Shown here in pieces: positions 24,800 through 36,922 of a stretch of 64,000 nt of DNA. The stretch lies in the NCBI GenBank assembly GCA_964188305.1, contig OZ076889.1; one strand, given 5' to 3'. The position numbers were made by a program, and so were the translations under genes. How positions within the stretch are numbered: the stretch's first letter is position 1; the number at the start of each line of letters is the position of its first letter. Source of the DNA: Podarcis bocagei (taxonomy: Eukaryota). The notes under the pieces were generated by a model. The model saw only the letters and a program-made list of their open reading frames with translations. It ran no database searches and was not told where the DNA came from.

Positions 24800-25540
24800 T
24801 GCACCAGCTCGTCAGCCTGGCCTGGCTCCGCAAGCCGTTCAGCCCAACTCTGACGGGTGACTGGCCTCGGAGAAGGGTCGCTGCTGTACCCCGCCCTCTG
24901 CAGCCTGTTACACAAACGGTGCGCCGCCGGGGAGAGAGCGAGAGCGATCTCCTCCTCTCTCCTTATCGTATTTGCACGCTGCAGTCCCTGTTGTGTAACC
25001 CGACCCACACAGGCTCTTCGCAAAGGCGACGCCTCGCCCCGGCTCTCTCCCTCCCGCTTCTTGGGCACAGCGAGAGCTCGAGAGAGGCTGAAGCCCATTG
25101 GCTCGCTCCTCGCGTCCGCCCTGGCAAGACGGTGAAGTTCCGCTCCGGGAAGGTAAGGGAAACAAAAGGCGGCGCGTGGGGGGCGCCCGAGCCGCGCAAC
25201 TTTGCCAGGGTGGTCGCGTTCTGTTGCAAAGCGGGACGTTCCATCCGCTCGGACAACGGAATGCCTCTCAAAGAAGCAACACGGGCGCAATGGCTCCCCA
25301 CCCCCAGCACACACACAGCATGCAGCCAATTAAGCCACGCTGGGCTGCGTCGAGGCGGAAGGTCAAGCCAAGCCACCTCTCCGTCTTTCTAGAAACGTTA
25401 ACAGCAAAGACCCCTGTGTCACCCTGAAGCGTGACCAACCGAACGGCCCTTGGATTGTGGCGGGAGAGCTTTCCTGCGCGACTCTAGTCCGCGAAAGCTT
25501 GTATCATATGCCGTCTGTGCAAAGCGTTTTCGCAGGCTGC
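24800..25540. promoter_or_regulatory. CpG island; probable TSPO2 promoter with non-coding exon 1 (donor at 25152/25153)
   Basis: Dense CpG against a CpG-depleted background. Inverted CCAAT near 25097. Consensus donor AAG|gtaagg at 25152. Confidence 0.75.
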
Positions 25541-26817
25541 AGCAGCAGGGCTCTCTTGCTGTTGCTGGGTTTTTTAAAAAAAATATTACTGTAATTCTAG
25601 AAATGTACAATGATCCTCCCTACAGTGTTACCTATTCTCCTCATCTGTTCATCATAGTGTAACAAATTGAGACTATGAATACGTATTAGAACTTCAGAAT
25701 GGGAATCAAGATTCCTGTTGTCTGTGGAGCTGGAAGTAATTTTTTTACAAAACAAAACTGAAAACAGGAAATACTTCAGTCAAAAAACATCTTGCATATG
25801 GGGAATTCCCAATGGAATTAAATGAAGCGATCAAAAATAACTTGTTTATTCCACCTATCTTTAACAGAGCATTCAGGCTGCAGGGCGTGTGAAATAATTT
25901 TTTCCTGATCTCCAATAAAGGCAAACAGTATCAGAATTTTCTGTTTGATAAGAAATCTGATCCTCAGCAAACTCTAGTTTAACACCAGGCTCTCAATGGG
26001 ACTAAAAAGTCTTTAGCTATAATCCTATAACTACTTGAAATGAATGGGACATACTTCAGGGGGTGGGGAAGCACACTAAATCTGTTTTCTGATCATTATC
26101 CCTGACTGCTTACTAGAGAATCTGCTGTCTGGTACACAGTTGTTAAGTGTAATTATGTAGGTAAGGGTTTGCCAAATGAAAAAATAAAGCATGAGAATTG
26201 CTTTGCCTTAAATAAAGCTTGAGTGGCTGTCTGGCAAGGATGCTGTAGTCACAATCTGCACTGCACATCCTGCATTGAACAGTGAGTTGAGACTTGATGG
26301 CCTCTAAGGTCCCTTCCAATTCTATGATCAAGGCCTATCTACTACAGCATCTTGTCCCCTACAGCAGATGATGAGCATCCCCTATTCTTTGTCTCCAACA
26401 TCCCATAAGCAAGACATATATGCTAGTTCTGAACATGAAGCTTCTAATGGGTGATAAGTGGCCTACCTGAAGAACAGCAGCAGACTGCTAAGGGGAGATA
26501 AATTTGCCAAATTAGATTGCCATGGTCTTAACAGCATTCTTGATACAGTAAAATGGCTTACTTTAACTTTAAAATGCTAATAACAGCATCCTCGAAGGAA
26601 AGATCACTGGAAAAGGAGCATCTGCATCTGTCCCTCATTTTAACCAACACAAGAAAAAAGATCTTTGCTTTATTTCCTTTAACCTACAGAAGGAAACACA
26701 TCTCAAGTTGAGAGTAAGTACCTCCCAATGTGAAAATAACTAATGGTGTACAATTACCAATTTTCAGTTTCAAAGGCACAGGCGCAATCCGTATTTGCTA
26801 GAACTGTCTGGCTGAGG

Positions 26818-26990
26818 ATGTGGGTCCACGCTCTTGGCTTCACAGCCTTGCCCCATCTTGGTGGATTCCTGGGCTGGTTCTTCACTCGGAAGGAAGTGCC
26901 CACGTGGTTTGAAGATCTGAAGAAACCGTCATGGCGTCCACCCAATAAAATGTTCCCAGTTGCTTGGACGACACTGTATACAAGCATGGG
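26818..26990 (+). CDS. TSPO2: TSPO2 first coding exon (MWVHALGFTALPHLGG...KPSWRPP...LYTSMG)
   Basis: TspO/MBR motifs KPSWxPP and LYTSMG. Good Kozak context AGGATG, donor GG|gtaagg. TSPO2 rather than TSPO is assigned from synteny with APOBEC2-OARD1-NFYA. Confidence 0.9.
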
Positions 26991-27279
26991 GTAAGGCTTC
27001 CTGGGCAAGGCTCCAGTCCTAAGCACATGCTAGAAAGCAAGCCCAACTGAATTCAGTGGAACTCAGGTCCAAGAAAAAATACATGGGATCAGACTGACAG
27101 CAATTCCATTTGCCTCTGCTGCTTCTATTGTAGCCTTTGTAGCAACTAGTTGGCTGATTTCCTCTTCGCGATGGGTTTTTCCAGTTAGTCACACTCAACA
27201 TAGATCCATGGAATAGACACAACTCACTCAGGTACCTTCATTTCAGTGGGTTTTAGTTGGGTGCTACCTGTTGCAATTA

Positions 27280-27550
27280 CAGTGGTGCCCCGCAAGACGA
27301 ATGCCTCGCAAGACGGAAAACTCGCTAGACGAAAGAGTTTTCCGTTTTTTGAGTTGTTCCGCAAAACGAATTTCCCTATGGGCTTGCTTCGCAAGATGAA
27401 ACGTCTTGCGAGTTCTTGCAAGTTTGTTTCCTTTTTCTTAAAGCCGTTAATAGCCGCTAAGCCGCTAATAGCCGTGCTTCGCAAGACGAAAAAACCGCAA
27501 GACGAAGAGACTCGCGGAACGGATTAATTTCGTCTTGCGAGGCACCACTG
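27280..27550. mobile_element. Tc1/mariner MITE, family B
   Basis: CAGTGGTGCCCCGCAAGACG...CGTCTTGCGAGGCACCACTG with TA TSD and internal GCAAGACGAA repeats. Second copy at 45570. Confidence 0.9.
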
Positions 27551-28101
27551 TAATCCTGACCCAGTGGCTCCTTGCTTCCGTCTCACTTCTTGCATTTCAT
27601 GTTGGGAATGGCTATCCTAGAGTCCCCCGCAATGGATTAAGTAGTGTCAGGATGCTGCCTTTAATGAGGATGTTCCAGTCTACTGTCTCCATCCAGGAGG
27701 ACAGAAGTTGCGACTCTTAGGTTGCAATCCTAAACACACTTTCTTAAGAGTTAATTCCAAAGTACCATTGAAAGTGGGCCTTCCTTCTGAGTAGACAGGT
27801 GTAGAATTGCACTTAATATCTTAGACCCTTCTGCACTACTTGTTTAATGCAGATTCCTTGGGGGCTCAGAACTCCTGCTAGATTGGTAGTGATAACCGAA
27901 AATGATGCAACATTAAACTAGGGAAATAGAGAACATTAAAAGGGAAATAGAGTAAGCCACAACTTAGACACATTTATATTGTGCACATTTAGCTTTACAC
28001 GTGTAGCAAAAAAATAAAAAGGGGTGGAAATGGGGCTGGGTTCCTGGGGAAATGATGTTGGCAATCCGACCCACCATTGAACCCAATGGGTTTTGGCTAT
28101 A

Positions 28102-28343
28102 CAGTGGTACCTTGGGTTAAGTACTTAATTCGTTCCGGAGGTCTGTTCTTAACCTGAAACTGTTCTTAACCTGAAGCACCACTTTAGCTAATAGGACCTC
28201 CTGCTGCTGCCACGCCACCGCAGCCCGATTTCTGTTCTTATCCTGAAGCAAAGTTCTTAACCTGAAACACTATTTCTGGGTTAGCGGAGTCTGTAACCTG
28301 AAGCGTATGTAACCTGAAGCGTATGTAACCCAAGGTACCACTG
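28102..28343. mobile_element. Tc1/mariner MITE, family A
   Basis: CAGTGGTACCTTGGGTTA...TAACCCAAGGTACCACTG with TA TSD. Confidence 0.9.
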
Positions 28344-28650
28344 TACAGAATTTTGGCTTTAGGTGCGATCCCCAGAATGTAACCCCTATGTAAGTTGCAG
28401 GCTTTCTGTAGTGAAATTCTAGCTATATTGATAAACTAAGTGCTTGTGCAGCGGCACCATAGATTTGTTATGTCTTATCTTTGAGATTTCTACTGAAAAA
28501 GCTTCAAAGGTACTAAGCTATCATCTAAGCTGCATTTCACTGGTGTTAAGGCTTACACGGGAAGGGTTGCTCAGAGTAGTAATCCTACTGAAGCAAAGCT
28601 GATAATGGGGCATTCAAAAGCAAAGCATTGTCTGGTTTTATTTTCTGCAG

Positions 28651-28789
28651 GTATGCTTCATATTTGGTGTGGAAGGACCTTGATGGCTTCAACAGTCAAG
28701 CAGTTGTCCCACTGGGCCTCTATGGAGCTCAGCTTGCACTGAACTGGGCATGGACTCCTATATTCTTTGGAGCTCACAACCTAAAGCTG
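28651..28789 (+). CDS. TSPO2: TSPO2 coding exon 2 (YASYLVWK...[20 protein letters not shown])
   Basis: 139 nt, ttttctgcag / CTG|gtaatg. Carries the conserved LNWAWxPIFFG motif. Confidence 0.93.
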
Positions 28790-30473
28790 GTAATGTATCC
28801 CAAACATTTGCTGTACCATTATGTTGCCTGTATTGCAGTTACCTTTTTGGGACCTCCAATGAGGCTGACTAGGAAACTGCTGGGCTAAAATTGTTCAGTG
28901 GAATGTGCAGACTCTTTAAAAAAAATCCTCTAGCAGGCATGTTTATGTAAACGCACACAATATTTCTGGGCCTCAAAATATACTGAGTTTCTGCTAGAAA
29001 TGTCAAAACTAGTCCAGAGTGAGGCTTTCAGTTGTTGAGCCAGTGGGACACAGTGCTTCAAATGTTAGACCAGAACTGTGGAGAAACCCACTCTGCCATG
29101 AAGCTCACTGAGTGAACTTGGGCCAGTCATAAGCTCTCATCTTAAGCTACCTCACAGGGTTGTTGTGGAGAGAAAATAGGGGCAAAGTTCCCTGTAAGAA
29201 AAACAGGATATAAATGTAACAAACAAACTAGAACTACTTCCTTTACGGTTTTGTTCTTTGCTCTCTCTGGCCCCAAGCCCTTGATTTTCTGTCCATGTTC
29301 CCAAAGGGTAAAGCAGAAAAAGAGGGCAAAACAACCTGCTACAGAACAAAGCAGGCAGATAGGTTAATGTGTTTTAGTGGCTATTAAAGTTCCCTGGGCA
29401 CACAATACATGAGTCTTCAAGTGAGGTCTTCCATAATGTTTGTAGCTGGCATTTAGTTACAAGAGCAAGGAGAATTTGATGAACTGGGGCAAAAGGCTTG
29501 CATGGCTTGTATCCACTTTGTAGCTGGCTCCTGCCAGTGATATCAGCCCCTTGCAGTTCTCTTTACTGCCTTCAAAATTAAAGCAGCTGGCTGCCTCGAA
29601 AAGGGTGTGAAGCTAGCACCGTTATGATCGGGGTGATCCATATTTTTCAGTTGAGAATGGTGTGTCTTGAGATAAGCAGCTCTGAGCACCACACCTTGAC
29701 CTAATCAGCAAGCAAAGGCCAGAGCTTCAGTGCGCTCATTATTCATATGTGCCTTATTAAACTGTAAAATGCCAAAGTGTTAATAAGAGAATATGTATGA
29801 TAGGAGTTGTTTGGATTAGCACATTTAGACACTTAGCGCTGCATTAGAGATGAAGAAAAGGAGAGCCTGGAATGTTCAGATGGCTAAATTCCAGCCTCTA
29901 GGGAACTGAGAAAGAATGCCAACATTTATAAGCACAGATGGAAGTGACAATACAACTTGGAAAATTTGGTAATAAGGGTAATAACTCTTATCCTGCTCTG
30001 GTAAAGGGAATATGGCCCACCCAGCCCCATCCTATGCTCTGCTGTCTACTGGCACAATAGCATAATATCTGGTGAAAGGATTCTATAGTTGACACCTGGG
30101 AAAACCTTGCTCTAACACTATGAGCTGGATCCACCCTGTGCACTGAGCTAGCCGCCATCACTACCACTAGTGCCTGCTAACTAAAAGCTGCTGTCCCGAT
30201 TCCTGCATTGTGCAAAGATCTTTGCAAGGGAGGCAGGGAAATGAGGGGACCAGCAACTTGTTCCAGTTGCCAATGGAGCAATGCTTCCACTGACAAAAAG
30301 CTCTGGCATGAAAAGCCTGATAGGTATATGGGAGCAGATGGGGCAGTCCTGGAGTGCTCAGCCACTTGCTTTGTGTAGGATCATTCTCAGCCTTGTGGTA
30401 AAAGAAGAGACTGCGTCTTTTGCATTCTGTCCAGTGTGTCAATCATTTAGACATTGCTATTTCTCTTTTCCAG

Positions 30474-30653
30474 GCCCTGATCGACATTGTGGCTCTTTAT
30501 GGGTTAGTGCTGGGCACGATGTATTCCTGGTACCCTATTAACAAAACAGCAACACTGCTGATGCTGCCTTACCTTGCCTGGCTGACCTTAGCTTCTTCTC
30601 TTACCTACCGTATCTGGAAAGACAATCCTGAAAAGGGAAAGAAGAAAGAATAA
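30474..30653 (+). CDS. TSPO2: TSPO2 last coding exon (ALIDI...PYLAWLTLASSLTYRIWKDNPEKGKKKE*)
   Basis: Acceptor ttttccag, PYLAW and CRAC-like motifs. The three exons total 492 nt, or 163 aa. Confidence 0.93.
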   Translation, partial: ALIDIVALYGLVLGTMYSWYPINKTATLLMLPYLAWLTLASSLTYRIWKDNPEKGKKKE

Positions 30654-32161
30654 GGAAGGAACTGGGGAAATGGACATATTTGGTGAAACCCTTTGACCCT
30701 GAGATCCAGTACTATGGAAGGAAGTTAATTTAACTGGCACAAAAGCATTTAGCATTTAAGGGTTGGGAGATAGGGAATCCTTTACGAAATGCAATGGCAC
30801 ATATTAAGAAGACTGTTATACATTCTGAGTTTGAAAAGCACAGTTCCCATCCTCATTCAAAGCACTATTTTATACATGTTTACTCAGAAAAGTCTCACTG
30901 AATTGATTGAAGCCTAATGAGACGATGTTGTCAGGTAACATATAGATAAGCCCTTCTTACAACTTTGGATTAGCTTTGTTTTGTTTCATTGAATTGTAGT
31001 TAGAAGACTACTTTAGAAAAATCTGGAGGTACACTAGACTCATTAAGAGTTGAACACCCATATATGTGTTGTACTAATGAGGGTTGCTTCACACATTCAT
31101 GCTTTTTAGGTGCATACATTAACTTTTCCTCTCCCATTTCCTCCCCTCTTCATTCGTTTCCCCAAGTGCCATAATTTAGATTGTAACACATTGGGGCAAG
31201 GACCTATATTTTTTTGTTGGCTTCATTCCAAAGGCATATAAGCAGTGCAATCCTACATATGTCTATTTGCAAGTAAGCTATATTGAGTTCAGTAGGGCCT
31301 ACTCCCAGGAAAGCGTGTATAGGACTGAGGTGCAAGTCTTTATACACCTAAACATGTAAAGTGTGGATGTTTAAGCACTGGTTTTTGGTTTTTTTTGTGG
31401 AGTTGGGAATAGCCTCAGGCACTCTGTTAGGTGGATACTCAGTGGCATAGCTGGGTGAATGTATGAAAAGGCTCAGATGCTGAGATTGGAACAGGAATTA
31501 TTTTCACCCGACAGGAGGGTTTGCTCTGTTTTTACAAGTCAGTTATTACATGGGCAGATGGTTACACATGAATGCACCATGATGAGGAATTTCACAAGCC
31601 TTGTTTTCATTTGTTTAAAGTAAAGGAATTCAGTTTTAGTGCTGGCGACAGAACCGAGCAACTGCTGGAAATGGGTTTGAGTCCCTAAAAGTTATAGTAT
31701 ATTTGCTTTTGCTGCTTGAGATTAACATGGAAATAGATTTAATAAGTTGTGGGGTTTTTTAAAAAAGTGGGGGAGCTGCTATTATTGCTTCTTTCTCCCA
31801 GTAGCCCTTGGTGCAACCTGAAATCTGTTTAGCATCCAGCAGAGGCTTACTTAATGAAGTTTGCCCAATGCCCTCTTAACACTGCTACAAACTGCAGACT
31901 TTGGGGCTTTGACATCATATTCTGCTTTTTCTCCCCTTTGCATTGTTTTGTTGAACATCCAGCCTGACCAAGTGTTTCAGGCAATGTATTTTTCTAGAAG
32001 AGGTGCCAGAACTCACTATGAATGCCTCCTTTGTTCCCTTATAATGGCAATGACGCCCACCTGAGAGGTGCTGGAACTGAGTTCCGGCAAGTTCCGCCTG
32101 AAAAAAACCGTTTCTGGGGAACATAAGTTTGCTCATGACTTTGTGAATTTTGCTTTGTCCT

Positions 32162-32167
32162 AATAAA
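32162..32167 (+). terminator. Candidate TSPO2 polyA signal
   Basis: AATAAA followed by a TG/T-rich downstream element. Confidence 0.5.
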
Positions 32168-33980
32168 GGTATTGTCCTACTGTGGCTTTTGGATTTTTTT
32201 CCTAATGGGCAACACAGTCTTTAAGCAGAGCAGGCAGGCTGGTTTTCAGGACATCTGGAGGTCAATGCATAAACATCAACTCCTTCACCCACCCACATAT
32301 ACAGTTTAAAACACAAACTGGAAACTGCCTTGAAATTCCTTTTGAGGGCCACCATGTGGGTAGGAACATATGAATCTGTCTCATACCTAGTCAGACCATT
32401 GATCAATCTAGATCAGTACTCATAGATGTTGATTTAGCAGCTCTCCACAGTTTCAGACCTACCTGGAGATTCTGTGGATTGAACCATGGACCTTCTCATG
32501 TGCACAACCACAGAGCAACAGCTCTTCTCTGACACTGTTCACAAGTGATCACAGGAATTACATTGACTGGCAAGTCCAATGCATCTGCTCTGTGATGGAG
32601 ACTCCTCCATGGGATCTTGAATGGTCCTCTGGAAAGCTTCTGGGGGAGACAGGATTCTGGAGTCCTAATTTTAAAAACCTGCCTTATTCCAGAATCTAGA
32701 AGTAAGTAGGTTTTCGTAATCAGTGCAATGATTTGTATTTTATACTACTATTAATATTGCTGTGAAGTCATGACTGATGGTCAAAGGCCAACTCCGTGTT
32801 TCCCTTCTTGACACTCAAGAACAGAGGGAATAGGGGGGTTGGTGAAACAGGACCCCGCCAGGGGTGCTGGCCTGCCCCCAATCACTTACTGGGCACGAGT
32901 CCTCCCATGATACCTCGAGAGCACACACACTCCAGCCCCTGCTTTGCCCACAGGAGGAATCTGCTGAGATCTCTAGCAGGAAAAGCTGCTGCTGCTGCTG
33001 GAGGAGGGAACAGAAAGGCGTCCTCAGAGCAGCTTCCTGGTAGAGAGCAGTGTGGGTGTCTCATCCAGCCCCAAGGAGGCACATCCCTCCTGATGTCCAG
33101 GCAACCTCTACTGCTTCTCAGATTTGGGGGGGGGGGCAGCAATACAGTTCCTTGCCAGGGGTTCAAGGGACACTAGGTATGTCTCTGACTGGGAACATTT
33201 CCAGCCCAGTTTGAACTGGATGCAAATTATGTAAACAGTTTTGTGCAGCAGGATACGTGCTTGGTGAAGTGAGCCTGTTTTCTTTAGCTTTTCAGTGGTG
33301 ACTCATGGCCATCCATCCAAGTTTGTTTTTAAACAAAGGTGTGAGTCAACTAGAGAGCACGATGGCTCAGAGAATGGTAGAGCATTGTGAACTTTGCACT
33401 CATTCTTTAACAGAATCAAACAATCGACAAAGGTGTACGTGATTTAACTTTGTAAAAATAATAGAAACACATTGCTAAAGATCTGCCCAAATAGCAAGAT
33501 CTCACCTTCCATGCATCGTATCTCAGAAACTCACATTGCAACACACTCTACCATAAGAATAAAAGCGTTGCCACTATTGGGTCAGACTAAAAGATCCAGC
33601 AAAGGTCCATCTTCAAGAGTGGCCACCCAGGTAACTCAGACAAATTCACAAGCTGAACCACCCCATCTGTTCTAAGCACTTGATAATTTGAATTTAGTCT
33701 GTATACTGCCTTGTGCAGGTCATAAATATTGTAAATTAAATAAAATATCTGGGTTTGAAATCTTTCCCAAGAATGACCGACAACACAGTGCTTACAATTA
33801 TAGTTTGGCAAAGGTGACACAAATATGTGAATTTACATTTTACTTGGGAAGGGGAAAATAAGAAAGAGTGACTGATGTTACACTGAAACTGTCCCTTAAA
33901 AGATCAGCTGGTCTTATCCAAAGAACTTACTTCATGTAATCTGCCCAGTCCTGGTGCACAATGATTATTTAGAGAGCCAG

Positions 33981-33996
33981 AGCGCCACCTAGTGAT
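33981..33996 (-). promoter_or_regulatory. Candidate CTCF site
   Basis: Reverse complement TCACTAGGTGGCGCT is close to the CCACYAGRKGGCRC core. Confidence 0.6.
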
Positions 33997-35179
33997 TACT
34001 GTTCTGATACAAGATAAGGCACACAAATGCTATGTTGGTTCTGTTACAGAATCCTTATCAGGGCAATACCTTTATTAGGTTAGCCAAAGTATCACAAAAC
34101 AGTAAAAGTTTTTAAGTTCTCCATAACCTTTCATCAGACTGGATGGTAAGCAGAGCAGCAGGGGAAGGGGAGGAAAACTATTTTGGCTGATGTTAAGGCC
34201 TGGGGTCTGCCTCTGGTCAGAGTTTTAAAGCAGAATGTAGGGGAGGTAGCAGACCTTCAAACGTGACTTTTTAGGTGCTATATAGCTATCGGGTTGTACC
34301 AAGACCAGTTTGGAACATGAAACCTAAAAGAAGCCTCATTCAACTCCCTGCTCCACCCTCTCCAATTCCATCTTAAGTGCTGGCCCAAGACATTTTGGCA
34401 CCTGAGGAGAACCACAAAATGGCATCCAACCCCACCACCACGGAAGGATCAAGTGAGGAATAATGATCTGCATCGGGAACAAGGGTGAGAGGAGCTGACC
34501 AGTGCCTCCTATTTGCCAAGAGGCCACTGTAGAGGTAGGGGTGCATATAGTGGTGGCTGTCAGCAGATCCAGCCTCCAAGACGTGTGCTGCAGCTGTTGC
34601 TCCAGCAGCAGCAGCAGCAGGCAATGCATTCCTTGGAGGCTGGATCTGCTGCCCCTGTGGATCCTGCCGCCTGAGGCAGTCATCTCACCTTGCCTCATGA
34701 GTGGGCTGCCCCTGTATCAGAAGTCTCTGACCAGATGCAAACTCCATGGGTTTGGTGCCAGACAAGATGTGTTTCCCTCTCTGCCCACCCCACCCCCTTG
34801 CTCTGCTTACCATTTAGCCTACAAAAGAGTTCTGGAGAACATGCATGCTTGCACAACTATTTATGTTTCTGTTGACCTATGTAATAAGGTATTGCCCTAA
34901 CACAGATTTTGGAGTTTTTCTTATCTGTTGGTAAGAGTTTAAGGGGTAAATTATACGAAACAAATTTAGTTTGCAACATCAGCATTCAAACACCACTCTG
35001 ACCTGTATCATGAACAGATAGCTATAACCATAATCAAGTATCTCTCTCATTTTTACAGATTCTAGGGAGGGAATGGTAATCTTGAAGCAATGCTGAACGG
35101 CAGTAAGGTAATGGATATAGGGAATAAAGTGAAATTTAATCCAGATCACAGAAGTACTATTTACTGGTAGATCAGTTAG

Positions 35180-35960
35180 TCCAGGGCTTGAGGTACAGAC
35201 TGTGCTGGATGGAGTTGAACGCTCCCTTATGCTGGAAGTTCACAGCTTCAGAGGGTTTCTTGATCCAACACTATTTCTAGATGGACTTGGCCATGGTTAT
35301 TCATGCACCAAGAACATCCAAACTGAACTACTGCAATGAACTTTACACAGGGCTGCCTATGAAAAGTGTTCAGAAATGTAAATTGGTTCAAAATGCTGCT
35401 GGCCAAGCTAATGCCTGGGAATGGGATGGACAGAGCTTATAACTGCAGTCCCATTTGATCTGCCTTGATCACCTGTTCTGGCCTTAACTCACCTTGCTAG
35501 TTCTCACCTTTATAGCCCTAAACCAGGCATAGGCAAACAGCCCTCCAGATGTTTTGGGACTACAACTCCCATCATCCCTAGCTAACAGGACCAGTGGTCT
35601 GGGATTATGGGAGTTGTCCCAAAACATCTGGAGGGCCAAGTTTGCCTATGCCTGCCCTAAACCACTTGAGTCCTGTAGATCCTAAGCACCTGCCCTGCTA
35701 CATACTCCACTCGATTTCCAAAATTCTGCTTCAGGTAACTCCAGTGACTGTCATTCAATACTACAGGCACAAGGATCAGAGTATTTTTGGTTACAGCACG
35801 GTTGCCTGTGGCTTCATGTCTACTTCAGGTCTTTTTAGGAGGCTGAAACAAGAATCTCTTGTTGCTTTTAATATTGTCTTGATGATTTTCTATGTTGTTA
35901 GCTGTTCTGAGTTACCACCATAGTTGGAGTGGGGAACAGGGGAGACATTTTAAAATAAAC
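35180..35960 (+). mobile_element. Degenerate L2-like LINE 3' fragment
   Basis: ...TSKLNYCNELYTGLPMKSVQKCKLVQNAA matches the L2 ORF2 C-terminal motif SRLDYCN..L.GLP...LQLVQNAA. Confidence 0.7.
35524..35654. mobile_element. Palindromic hAT (URR1-like) MITE inserted in the L2 fragment
   Basis: TIRs CAGGCATAGGCAAAC / GTTTGCCTATGCCTG. Perfect TSD CCCTAAAC. Diverged relatives at about 7285, 13440, 18770, 21720 and 50385. Confidence 0.9.
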
Positions 35961-36862
35961 AACATTAAGAAGAGTCCTGCTGGATCAGACCAAAGTCTCA
36001 TCTAGTCCAGCATCCTCTTTTCCAGAGTGGTCAACCAGGTGGTGCCTCTGGGAAGCCTAAAATCAGGAGATGTGCACACCATCTCCTGTTGTGGTTCCTC
36101 GGCAATTGGTATTCAGAGGCATTTCGAAACAGGTAAAATATTTGTATCATTTAACATTGTGTTACATGCAAGCTTATGAGCACTGTATTTATTTTGTTTC
36201 TGTCGAGCCCCGAAGCTAGACAAGTCATCTGATGCTGGCATACAACTGAGATATTCATACACCACTGGCGCCACCACAAACAAAGACACCTTTCCAATTC
36301 CCCCAGCCTTCAGGGAGATAATGTACTCCATGCCAAGTTAATGCTTTGGCTGATCTTATTGAAAGACCACATCCACATTTACTACCTGCCAAGATACTTT
36401 TACATGTAAACAGTCTCAACACCAGTGTCAACCCATGCAATTCCCGATCCAATCAATGTTTCAAATGTATATGAAACTGCATGCTTTCCTTATGTTAATG
36501 ACCTGCATTTTATTTGCTGAAATCTGAAGAGTTCTAATAAGCTATCAAGCATACATGACTTTGTGACTGAACAAACCAATTGGCTCTGTTCCAAAATTAA
36601 AGGCAGTTTCATGCTATTTCAAGCTTACTCAGTTCTTCACTTGGGTTTCCTGCTTAAGAACCATGGAGTCTTGCACTGAATCAAATCATTAAGCCATATA
36701 TGTAAAATAAATTGTTTCATTTACTTATTTTTAATCACTCTACACCCCTCCTTTTAATCAAGAAGGCTTCCAGAGAGCTTATGAAGATGGGTGGTTAGAT
36801 AGCAGATATACTTATTTATAAATTTCTGTAAAACTATGCAAAAAGGGAAATTCCACTGCACC

Positions 36863-36921
<59 letters not shown>

Positions 36922-36922
36922 T
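36863..36922. repeat. (TTA)n microsatellite, about 20 units
   Basis: Seen directly in the sequence. Confidence 0.97.

Noticed and set aside
24775-25427. Overlapping 90-184 aa ORFs in the TSPO2 CpG island
   Set aside because: Long ORFs occur in most frames because GC-rich DNA lacks stops. No recognisable domain and no similarity to the recalled UNC5CL N-terminus.
26743-26817. In-frame upstream ATG extending TSPO2 by 25 aa
   Set aside because: The ATG at 26743 lies upstream of the likely splice acceptor (ttttcag at 26767), so it is intronic.
27280-27550. Spaced GCAAGACGAA repeats resembling a CRISPR array
   Set aside because: These are internal repeats of a TA-flanked MITE in vertebrate DNA, with irregular spacing and no cas genes.
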